This document shows positions 27,028-35,546 of a stretch of DNA of 64,000 bases, one piece after another (position 1 is the first letter of the stretch; each line of letters begins with the position of its first letter). The notes beneath the pieces are model-generated. The model did not search any database, was not told the origin of the DNA, and saw only the letters and a program-made list of their open reading frames with translations. The stretch covers positions 4,960,001 through 5,024,000 of the forward strand of contig CBDBDQ010000005.1 in the NCBI GenBank assembly GCA_965203905.1. The letters are read 5' to 3'. Source of the stretch: Spirochaetia bacterium (GTDB lineage Bacteria > Spirochaetota > Spirochaetia > SZUA-6 > Bin103). Position numbers and translations under genes: made by a program.

Positions 27028-28041
27028 CTACCGGTATTCCGTGGGACGCAGCCCGGGCACGGTCCCATGCGCGTTTCCCTTCCAGTAATACTGCAGCTCA
27101 TCGGACTCCCAGTTCTCGTAAACCTGCTCCCAGGTGAGCCGCCCGCCATGAACACGGAGGTTCTTCTCCATGATCGGGTCGGTCTTCTTCTGATAGCGGT
27201 AGTCGACGGAGAGCCGGACGCGGTCACCGGACACGTTCGGCAGGCCCTGGTGGGCCGTCTTGCTGTGGAAGAACAGCGCGTCGCCGAGCTCGAATGGGCT
27301 GGAGTGCCAGTCGCCGTTCAGGGCGTCGGGCTCGATGCTCAGCGCCCCGTCTGCATTCACTTCGAACACCGGCAGCACACCGCGCTGGTGCGAGCCACGC
27401 AGCACGGCCAGGCCGCCCATGGAGTGGGGGCACGCACCGAGCGGAATCCAACAGGTCCACACCTCGGGCGTCCCCTGAATGAAGATGAAATCCTGGTGTG
27501 GCGGAGTCGTGGCGGCGATGCCACTGGCGAACATCACGCGCGCACGAACGCCTGGCTGGGGCATTCCGGGCGCCCCGAGCAGGCTCGCGGCGATCTGCAG
27601 CAACGTTTTTTCGTGAGCCATGGTGTGAAACGACTCCAGCCGCTGCATCGCATCGTAGACCGGGTCGAACTCCGGCGTGCCCATGATCTTCGCATCTCGC
27701 GTGGAGATGGCGTCCATGGGGTCGGTGCCGTCGTCGAGCCACCCGGCGTTCCGGAGAATGGCGGTTACGTCACGGCGGAGCCGAAGGACGGAGTCGTGGC
27801 TCACCGCATCGTGCACGAACAGATAGCCGTCGCGCTGTGCCCGTTCTCGCAATCGATCCGGTGCGGCAAGGAGGTCTTTGCTGTCCAGGAACGGATACCC
27901 GGTGCGCTGGACGCGCCGCGGCACGTGCGCGGCGAGCTCTTCCTGCGTCATCGGCCGGCGGGGATCAACGTCGGTGTTCGACCAATCCATCTGCAGCATC
28001 GGCTTTGGTGCGACACGGTGGATGTCAGCGTCGGCGGCCAT
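27028..28041 (-). CDS. Phytanoyl-CoA dioxygenase (PhyH) family Fe(II)/2OG oxygenase
   Basis: 'RDGYLF', 'TPPHQD', 'TCWIPLG', 'GGLAVLRGSH', 'GDALFFH..TAH..LPN....RLSVDYRY'. Confidence 0.85.
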   Translation of the reverse strand: MAADADIHRVAPKPMLQMDWSNTDVDPRRPMTQEELAAHVPRRVQRTGYPFLDSKDLLAAPDRLRERAQRDGYLFVHDAVSHDSVLRLRRDVTAILRNAGWLDDGTDPMDAISTRDAKIMGTPEFDPVYDAMQRLESFHTMAHEKTLLQIAASLLGAPGMPQPGVRARVMFASGIAATTPPHQDFIFIQGTPEVWTCWIPLGACPHSMGGLAVLRGSHQRGVLPVFEVNADGALSIEPDALNGDWHSSPFELGDALFFHSKTAHQGLPNVSGDRVRLSVDYRYQKKTDPIMEKNLRVHGGRLTWEQVYENWESDELQYYWKGNAHGTVPGLRPTEYR

Positions 28042-28393
28042 GCCTGAACTCCGAATCACACATCGCCACGCAATACCTCATCTCTTTCCCTCCTGGCCTT
28101 CCCGAATCCATTGCGCTCGTCCATTACTGGTTGTCAAACAGGTGATGCGTCGTGCAATAGCTGGCCATGTGGCCTTCGTCCCGGCCCCATAGTAGCGTAT
28201 GCAGTGCGCCGCTGCACGCCCAGGCCGCCAAGGCGCATGGTAGTCCGGCGGACGCTCATGGGCGACAAGTCGTTTTCGAAACACAGACTGGACCCGCTGA
28301 AATACCACCTGGAAGGTCTGCTTCATTCACCGCGCTTGGAACCGCAGTTTCGTGCTCGGCAACAATGCTGCCGTTCCTGCCGCTCGAAACGAG

Positions 28394-28422
28394 TTGCCGG
28401 CGCTGAGCGGCAGTGGTACGCT
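28394..28422 (+). promoter_or_regulatory. sigma70-like promoter, leaderless start (copy 2)
   Basis: TTGCCG-17bp-TACGCT, 6 nt before ATG 28429. Confidence 0.55.
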
Positions 28423-28428
28423 GGCGCC

Positions 28429-29442
28429 ATGCGCATCGCCAACCCCATGTACGACGCCGCATTCAAGTACCTGATGGATGACGATGCGTCGGCGCGGCTG
28501 CTGGTGGGCGCGGTGCTGGGCGAGGAGGTCGAGAGCCTGCAGCCGCTGCCGCAGGAGCGGGCGGTGCGGCTGGAGCCGGCGCCCGGTGAGCCTGCGTCCG
28601 GCGGGTTGCTGACCGTGCGGCGGGTGGACTTCGCGGCCACCGTGCGGACCGCTTCCGGCGACCGCTTGCGGGTGCTGGTGGAGGTGCAGAAGGCGCGCTT
28701 CACCGACGAAGTGATGCGCTTCCGGGAGTACCTGGGCCGCCACTATGCGGACCGGGAGAACTACGACACGGGGCCGGACGGGAGGCGCCGCCACCGACCG
28801 TTGCGGGCGATCTACATCCTGGGCGAGTGTCTGCCGCGCACGGAGGCGACGGTGCTGAAGGTGTCGCGGGAGTACCTGGACGCGGTCACCGGGGAGCGGG
28901 AGGAGTTCGCGGAGGCGCTGAGCCACGACTGCTGGGTGGTGCAGGTGCCGCTGCTGGCGTCGCGGCGGCACAGCGACCTGGAGCGGCTGCTGAGCGTGTT
29001 CGACCAGGCGTTGCAGGTGCCCGGGAACCGCAAGCTGCTGGAGGTGGGCGAGCGGCAAGTGCCGGAGCGCTACGCGCCGGTGTTGCGGCGCTTGGAGGGC
29101 GCCGCGGCGAGCGTGGAGGTGGCGGACTCGATGGCGCTGGAGGACGAGGTATTGGAGACCTGGGGCCGCATGAAGCGGGAGATCGCTGCGAAGGATGCGA
29201 CCCTGACGCGGGAACGGGCGGAGCATGACGCGGCCTTGGCGCGGGAACGGGCGGAGCGCGAAACGGCGCTGGCAGAGAAGGATGCGGCCCTGGCGCGGGA
29301 ACGGGCGGAGCGCGAGGCGGCGCTGTCAGAGAAGGATGTAGCCCTGGCGCGGGAACGGGCGGAGCGCGAGGCGGCCCAGGAGCGCGCTGCCGAGATGGCC
29401 CGGCGGCTGGCGGATCTCGGTCGCGAGTCGGGCAATTCATAG
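28429..29442 (+). CDS. Rpn-like PD-(D/E)XK nuclease-family protein with coiled-coil tail (copy 2)
   Basis: Near-identical to 15132-16070; 4 aa shorter internally and 29 aa longer in the tail. Confidence 0.7.
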   Translation: MRIANPMYDAAFKYLMDDDASARLLVGAVLGEEVESLQPLPQERAVRLEPAPGEPASGGLLTVRRVDFAATVRTASGDRLRVLVEVQKARFTDEVMRFREYLGRHYADRENYDTGPDGRRRHRPLRAIYILGECLPRTEATVLKVSREYLDAVTGEREEFAEALSHDCWVVQVPLLASRRHSDLERLLSVFDQALQVPGNRKLLEVGERQVPERYAPVLRRLEGAAASVEVADSMALEDEVLETWGRMKREIAAKDATLTRERAEHDAALARERAERETALAEKDAALARERAEREAALSEKDVALARERAEREAAQERAAEMARRLADLGRESGNS

Positions 29443-29880
29443 GGATAGCCGTTCGACTGGTCGCAACCGGAACGGTAACTGCGCCCGGCCGCGCAGTTGC
29501 AGGGACCGTTGCCGCACTCAGAAGCGCGCGTCGAACGTGAGCCCGACCTCGTGCTCCGGCGTGACGGCGGCGGCGGCCGCTCTGTCATCCGCGGCTTGGC
29601 GCGGCATCGTGTCGGAGAGGAACGGACGTGTTGTTCTCAGGGCTGGCAACGTGCTCGACAAGTTTCCGCAGTCGGTGCAGAGTAGGGCGATGACGATGCT
29701 CGGCGAGATGTGGCAGGCGCCGTCGCTGATCCGCTTGTGGAGCAGGCGGACCATCTCCTTCGTGATGAAGGGGCGAGCACTCGCGGGTCGTGAGCTGCCG
29801 GAGGCAGCCGCATAGCCCGAAGGATCGGAATCGATGGGTTCTCGCTCGCACCGATCCACCACATCTGACAGCGTTTCCTG

Positions 29881-29920
29881 GCGAACAATCCTCTGTCGAA
29901 CAGTCCCCCGTCGAACATCC
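29881..29920. repeat. Three CGAACA motifs at 15-bp period upstream of SBP gene
   Basis: gCGAACAatcctctg tCGAACAgtcccccg tCGAACAtcc. Confidence 0.65.
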
Positions 29921-30004
29921 TTACTTAAAAGAATCCGCGCCCCTCCTCCATTTGGCAGACCATATTCAGAAGAATCCAACAGGAATTCATAGGGAGAAGA
30001 ACGA

Positions 30005-31927
30005 ATGAATAGAAAGGTATGGGTAACCATAACCGTTGCATTGCTGGCAAGCCTTGTGCTTGGATTCAATGCGTGGGCGTATAACGAATCGCCGATGCTG
30101 GCTGCTTTGGTAGCCAAGGGAGAGCTGCCGCCCGTCGACGAACGGCTGCCAATCGAGCCCCTGGTGAAAGTCGCGCCGGAGATCGGTCGCTACGGGGGCA
30201 CCGCCAGCAGCTTGTCGAGGAACTCCTGGCACGAAGGTGACCTTTTCGGATGGTGGCAGCAAGCCTCTACCCTGGAGGTCACACCAGACAGTCAAGTAGG
30301 TCCAGGCGTAGCGAAAGATTTTGAGCTGTCGGACGACCAGATGACGTTCACTCTCTTTCTGCGAGAAGGAATGAAGTGGTCGGACGGTGCGCCGTTTACC
30401 GCGGATGCCTACGTCTTCCGTTACCAGGATCTCGGTGTGAATCCAGACATGCCATGGGGGTATCGTAGCAACGAACCGATCGAGTCGATGACGGCCGTCG
30501 ATGACTACACGCTGCAGATCACGTTCAGCAAGCCTTATCCGAGGATTGTCATCAGCATGGCCAACGAGGATGGTGCCGACTGGAACCGGATACGGCCCAA
30601 GCACTACCTGAAAAAATGGCACCCGGATTACAACCCGGATGCCGACAAGATTTCCAAGGAAGAAGGGTTCGACAACTGGGGTCAGGCGATGGCCCACCAT
30701 GGCAACTGGAATTACGTCGTGGATCCGGATGTCCCGACGCTCCGACCTTGGGTGCTGCGCCAGGAGAGTGCCACTACCCGTCTCTACGAACGAAACGCAT
30801 TCTGGTATTGCGTCGACACTGCAGACAACCAGCTTCCCTACATCGACCGGGTGCAAGCCACGCTCGCGGATGGCGAAACGTACAAGCTGAAGGTCCTCAG
30901 TGGAGAGGTAACGTGGGCCAAGTTCCCCGCTTTCGAGGATTTTACGCTCTACAAGCAAAACGAGGCCAGCGGAGACTACAAGGTGCTGGTGCTGTCGGGA
31001 CTGTTTGGCGGTATGCACACCTATCACGTCAACCAGAACCATGAAGAGCCGGTTCTGGCCGAAGTCTTGCGTGATCTGCGATTTCGCAGGGCTTTGTCCC
31101 TGGCCATCGACCGCGATCAGATGAACGAAACTCTCTATAGCGGCATGGGTGTGCCACGACAGATTACGGTAAACCCGGATGTAAGCTACTACAAGCCTGA
31201 ATGGGGAGAGGAACATCCCTATGCCCGGTACGATCCGGATCAGGCTAACCAATTGCTCGACGAAATGGGTCTTACGGAGAGGGACAGAGACGGCTTCCGC
31301 AAGCTCCCGAACGGCGAAACCCTCAATATCACCGTGGTCTCCTACGGTATCTGGATAGCACCGGAAGGGGAGGAGCTGGTAAAGGAATATTGGGGAGATG
31401 TGGGTATCAAGAGCACCCTGAGACTCGTCGAACCCGGTTTCTTCTGGGATTACCGCGGGACCAACGAGTGGGTGATTTTCTCGGAACGGGCCACCGGTAC
31501 TGACGAGTTCTACACGGACGGTGATGCCGGCCGGATCGGCAATCCGCTGGGCGAGAACTGGGGCGCCAGTTGGAGTCAATACCTGCAAGCCAAGAGGGCG
31601 ATTGACGCGGGTATCAAGACCCTTGACGACTATGAAGGCGGGGTAATGCCCGGCGAGATGCCATCACCGCTGGTGATGGAGCTTTGGGACAATCTCATGA
31701 CCGCATACTCGTCGGTATTCGGTTCCGAGGAATACCGAATGGGTTACGAGAGGGCGTTCGAGATTTTCGCAGAGCAGTTGTGGGTAATCGGCACGGTGGG
31801 ACTGGTGCCCGACCTCAGAATTGCGAAGAACAACCTGGGGAACGCTACCCAGGAATGGTTCAATAGCCCGGGTACGGCAATCAACCGGTGGGGCCAGTAC
31901 GACTGGGCCCTTTACTTCAAGGAGTAA
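30005..31927 (+). CDS. ABC transporter family-5 substrate-binding protein
   Basis: Signal peptide; 'ESPMLA..V..GELPPVDERLP', 'LREGMKWSDGAPFTAD', 'NQLPYIDR', 'RFRRALSLAIDR'. Confidence 0.92.
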   Translation: MNRKVWVTITVALLASLVLGFNAWAYNESPMLAALVAKGELPPVDERLPIEPLVKVAPEIGRYGGTASSLSRNSWHEGDLFGWWQQASTLEVTPDSQVGPGVAKDFELSDDQMTFTLFLREGMKWSDGAPFTADAYVFRYQDLGVNPDMPWGYRSNEPIESMTAVDDYTLQITFSKPYPRIVISMANEDGADWNRIRPKHYLKKWHPDYNPDADKISKEEGFDNWGQAMAHHGNWNYVVDPDVPTLRPWVLRQESATTRLYERNAFWYCVDTADNQLPYIDRVQATLADGETYKLKVLSGEVTWAKFPAFEDFTLYKQNEASGDYKVLVLSGLFGGMHTYHVNQNHEEPVLAEVLRDLRFRRALSLAIDRDQMNETLYSGMGVPRQITVNPDVSYYKPEWGEEHPYARYDPDQANQLLDEMGLTERDRDGFRKLPNGETLNITVVSYGIWIAPEGEELVKEYWGDVGIKSTLRLVEPGFFWDYRGTNEWVIFSERATGTDEFYTDGDAGRIGNPLGENWGASWSQYLQAKRAIDAGIKTLDDYEGGVMPGEMPSPLVMELWDNLMTAYSSVFGSEEYRMGYERAFEIFAEQLWVIGTVGLVPDLRIAKNNLGNATQEWFNSPGTAINRWGQYDWALYFKE

Positions 31928-31941
31928 GACTCGGGGATCGA

Positions 31942-31988
31942 GGAATCATGGGGCAGCGGGTGGCTGTGTGCAGCCACTCGCTGCGTCC
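31942..31988. terminator. Hairpin after SBP gene, overlapping MFS 3' end; related to 16103-16155
   Basis: GCAGCGGGTGGCTG-tgtg-CAGCCACTCGCTGC. Confidence 0.55.
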
Positions 31989-33211
31989 GCACCCTGCTGG
32001 CCAGCGAGCTGACGGCGAGGGGTAAGCGCCCGCTTGCGCGACAGCATGAGCGCCGTCAGGGCTGACAGCCAGATGAGCACGGCGGCGAATACGTAGTTGG
32101 CGGTCATGCCGGACCCCTGCGCCAGCCAGCCCCCGATCGCGGGAGCGATGAAGCCGAGACCGTTCAACGTGTAGATGAATCCCACCGCTGAGGCCAGGGA
32201 CTCCTTGGCCGACCTGTCCGCGGCGGCGGTAAGGATGATCGGGCTGATCGGCATCGCCAGCCCCGCCACGGCCATCAGCAGGAGCAAGGCGGATGGCCAC
32301 GGGACGAGACCGATGAGGAGCGCAATCACGCCGGAGATGGCGAGTGGCACGAACAGGGCCGTCCGTGCTCCCCAACGGCTGTAGATGAGTCCCATCAGAG
32401 GCTTCGCGCCGACTCCCATCAGGAAATACAGGGTCAGCGCGATGCCGATGAGGGAGGTCTGCATGCCGAACCGATCGCTTGCCAGGAGAGGGAAGAAGCC
32501 GATCAAGGTCTTGGTCGCCATGCCCTTCAGGGCGTACACGAGCGCGAGCAGGACGATGTCCCGATTCCCGATCACCATGGAGGTGAGCATCCGGACACTC
32601 GACAGCGTGCGGCCGGTGGCGACGTTGGCCCGCTCGCCGCGGGGGAAGCGGATTCCGACCAGGGGCAGGATCAGCAGCGCCGGCAGCGTGCATACGGCGA
32701 GGGCCAGTCGCCATCCCGCGGCCGTGGCAACCACCGCCTGCACCACCGGCATGACAGCGGCACCCAGGTTGCCCATCAGACTGTGCAACGAGATGGCGAA
32801 GGCTCGACGGTGCCGAAACCGCTCCGCCGTGAGGGCGGTGCCGCACGGGTGATAGGCAGCGTTGCCGGCACCGGCCAGGAACGCCAGGACGGCGAGGGCG
32901 GTGAATCCGCCCGCCCACTGCATGGCGAAATAGGAGGCGGAGGCGAGGGCCAGCCCGACGATGAGAATGGTCCTCTTGTTGCCGCTGTGATCGGCGGCGA
33001 CCGAGAGCGGGTAGAGGAACAAGAACGTCGCCAGGCTGAAGATGCTGAGCAGTGTTCCCGTGCGCAGGGTCGAGAGACCGAGTTCGGCAACGATGAGGGC
33101 CAGTACCGGAACCAGCAGGTTCGAGTATCCGTCGCTGAGCCCATGGGCGGAGCCGATGAGCCCGAGGTCGAGCCAGTCGCCCCGGCGGCTCTTCGAGCCC
33201 GATTCGTTCAA
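31946..33211 (-). CDS. MFS transporter (Fsr-like)
   Basis: About 12 hydrophobic segments; 'AHGLSD', 'GAGNAAYHP', 'GNLG'. Confidence 0.88.
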   Translation of the reverse strand: MNESGSKSRRGDWLDLGLIGSAHGLSDGYSNLLVPVLALIVAELGLSTLRTGTLLSIFSLATFLFLYPLSVAADHSGNKRTILIVGLALASASYFAMQWAGGFTALAVLAFLAGAGNAAYHPCGTALTAERFRHRRAFAISLHSLMGNLGAAVMPVVQAVVATAAGWRLALAVCTLPALLILPLVGIRFPRGERANVATGRTLSSVRMLTSMVIGNRDIVLLALVYALKGMATKTLIGFFPLLASDRFGMQTSLIGIALTLYFLMGVGAKPLMGLIYSRWGARTALFVPLAISGVIALLIGLVPWPSALLLLMAVAGLAMPISPIILTAAADRSAKESLASAVGFIYTLNGLGFIAPAIGGWLAQGSGMTANYVFAAVLIWLSALTALMLSRKRALTPRRQLAGQQGADAASGCTQPPAAP

Positions 33212-33234
33212 CCGGCTATCCCCGGTTCAACCGA

Positions 33235-35544
33235 CTATCCCCGGCTGGGCCAGTTCAGGTGGCGGTGGAGGAAGTCGAAGGTGCCGACGCCGTGGATCGA
33301 GTGGGGGCCGTTGAACACCTCCATCTCGGTGCGGTCGCCGAGGCCCAGCAGGTCGTAGCGGCGGCGGGTCCGCGCGTACTCGTAGGCCACCCACTCGTCG
33401 GGAGCCACGCCGTCGTGGTGTCCGCGCTCGACCATGAAGGGACGCGGGCAGATCAGCCAGCTCATCTCCGCGTAGTTGAAGGTGTTGGCGAGGTCGAACT
33501 CGTACATGTCGTACTCGCCCGTGGTCAGATAGCCGCAGGGGTGACGCGCCGAGACGTTCTTCCAGACCCACTCGTTGTAGTCGGCGGAGCAGATGGACAG
33601 GCAGTAGCCGTCCAGCACCGCGGGGATTCTCATGGCCGTCTTGCCGCCGTAGCTGAGTCCGTAGAACGCGATGCGCGCGGGATCCACGAAGGCCAGCCCG
33701 GCGAGCCAGCGGAGCACACACTCGTGCTGGCGGACGATCACGGAATAGAGGGACTGCTGCAGGGGGTGTGACTTGCGCACCAGGACCCGGAACCGGTCTT
33801 CGCCGATGTAGGGATTCTGCGGCGCGAAGGTGATGAATCCGCGTTCGGCGAGGCGGCAGGCGAACTGGTGGTAGGTGTCGTTCTCGACGTTCGGGTCCGC
33901 GGTGTCCTGGGGGCGGCCTTCCAGTCCGTGCTGGCACACCACCACCGGCCGGCGCTCGCCGCGCCGGATCCCCTCGGGAACCAGGAGAATGCCGTACGCG
34001 AACACCTCGGGATAGAGATCCAGGACCACTTCGTAACCCTTGAATCGGGAGGTCTCGTAGACCAGGCGGGTGCGCGGATGGGGCGCCGACTCGGCATCCG
34101 GCGAGCGCCCCAGGAGTTCCTCTTCCATGTAGGCGCGGTACCAGGCGCAGCTTCTGCGCCATGCCTCGGGGTCGGATTCGTCGGCGCGGGACCAGAACTC
34201 TTCGCGCCGGTACTGCGACTCGCGCATGAGATGCTGAGTGTCGTCCATGAGCTGCCTGAGCTGCCGCTTCATCCGCGCCGCGGCGTCCGTGGACGAGCGC
34301 ATGCGGCCGGGCGCGGGCGCGGCCACCGCCAGGGAGCGGGCAGTGCCGAGCGCCCGCAGGAACGACGCCAGCGCCGGTTCGCTGCCGGGCAGACCCTGTC
34401 CGTCGCCGCTTCTCACGCAGCGGAAGTCAGGGGCGGGGTCAAGCCCGGCCACGAGCCCCCGAGCGCGCTCGAATTCCCGCTCCACCGCCGTGACCTCCGG
34501 CGTGTCGATGACTCCGGGCGCCGCGCTGGCTTCCCGGTCCGGTGTGGGAGCGGGCGGCCCTGCCACCTCCGGGTGCCGGCAAGCCTCCACCACCAGGGCG
34601 CGGGGCGCTATCAGGCCGGCGAGCTCGGCGTCGCCGAACTCGATGAGCAGCGACCAGACGTTGCGGTAGATGGGCTGCCGCCATAGCGTGTCCCGGGGGC
34701 CGAAGTACCCGGCGACTCCGGCAGCCCGGATCCTTCGATCCACCGCCGCGGCGAACAGCGCGACGAGCCCGCCCTCGCCGTAGCCGAACACGCCGAGCGG
34801 CTGCCGGCCGTGCTCCCGGATGAGCCAGTCCGCGGCCGCCAGCAGCTTCTGGACTTCGTAGCCGATGATGTGCCGGCCCAGCTCGTAGGCGGCGCGATAC
34901 ACGAACTCGCGGTGCGGCTGGTTGGTCATGCGGAAGCCCTCGACACCGGACCACGTGTCGCGGCGGTCGATCAGCACGGGGACCACCACGCGGCATCCGT
35001 TCTCGGCCAGGCGCCGGGGAAACTGCGCGTCCGCGGGCACGCCGGGCTCCAGGCCGCAGGCGGCCTCCGGGGTCCAGTCGCAGTCCGGCAGCGCCACCAC
35101 GTTGGCCACGGCCGGCCCCGACGGCTGCAGCAGGAGGCCTTCCCCCTCGATCCCCCGAAACACGTTCCAGCGCACCCGCTCGACCCGGTATCCCGCGCCT
35201 TCCGCGACCAGCACCGGCTGCCGGTGGGTTGCCAGCAGGTGCATCTCCACCTCGTCGCGCCGGTCCACGAGGCCGATGATATTGCGCAAGCGCTGCCGTC
35301 TGGCCGCGACCGACGACTCGTAGGCCTCGGGGCTCGTGACGTCGCGCTGCCACCGACCAGGCCGGCGGTCCACCACGGCCTGGAGCTGGCGCGCGAGGAA
35401 GCGATCGATCCCGGCAACCATCTGCGCGGCCAGGTCGCCGGGCAGCGCCAGCGGGGCGGTGCCCGGCAGAGGCCGGGCATCGGCGCCGGCTCCCGCTTCG
35501 GTGGCCGGTCCGTCGCGGCGGTCTGGTGCACTCCCGTCGTCCAT
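33235..35544 (-). CDS. Two-domain alpha/beta hydrolase (dienelactone hydrolase/esterase-like)
   Basis: C-domain 'VVCQHG', 'VDPARIAFYGLSYGG', 'ERGHHD', 'FNGPH'; N-domain 'GVFGYGEGG' lacks the Ser. Confidence 0.75.
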   Translation of the reverse strand: MDDGSAPDRRDGPATEAGAGADARPLPGTAPLALPGDLAAQMVAGIDRFLARQLQAVVDRRPGRWQRDVTSPEAYESSVAARRQRLRNIIGLVDRRDEVEMHLLATHRQPVLVAEGAGYRVERVRWNVFRGIEGEGLLLQPSGPAVANVVALPDCDWTPEAACGLEPGVPADAQFPRRLAENGCRVVVPVLIDRRDTWSGVEGFRMTNQPHREFVYRAAYELGRHIIGYEVQKLLAAADWLIREHGRQPLGVFGYGEGGLVALFAAAVDRRIRAAGVAGYFGPRDTLWRQPIYRNVWSLLIEFGDAELAGLIAPRALVVEACRHPEVAGPPAPTPDREASAAPGVIDTPEVTAVEREFERARGLVAGLDPAPDFRCVRSGDGQGLPGSEPALASFLRALGTARSLAVAAPAPGRMRSSTDAAARMKRQLRQLMDDTQHLMRESQYRREEFWSRADESDPEAWRRSCAWYRAYMEEELLGRSPDAESAPHPRTRLVYETSRFKGYEVVLDLYPEVFAYGILLVPEGIRRGERRPVVVCQHGLEGRPQDTADPNVENDTYHQFACRLAERGFITFAPQNPYIGEDRFRVLVRKSHPLQQSLYSVIVRQHECVLRWLAGLAFVDPARIAFYGLSYGGKTAMRIPAVLDGYCLSICSADYNEWVWKNVSARHPCGYLTTGEYDMYEFDLANTFNYAEMSWLICPRPFMVERGHHDGVAPDEWVAYEYARTRRRYDLLGLGDRTEMEVFNGPHSIHGVGTFDFLHRHLNWPSRG

Positions 35545-35546
35545 CG

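Noticed and set aside
28060-28345. Possible riboswitch or small ORF between PhyH and Rpn-like genes
   Set aside because: No recognisable aptamer consensus or convincing ORF; would need an Rfam/Infernal scan
29518-30117. 199-aa minus-strand ORF ('PFITKEMVRLLHKRI')
   Set aside because: Overlaps the SBP start and promoter; may contain a decayed gene fragment but no family could be assigned
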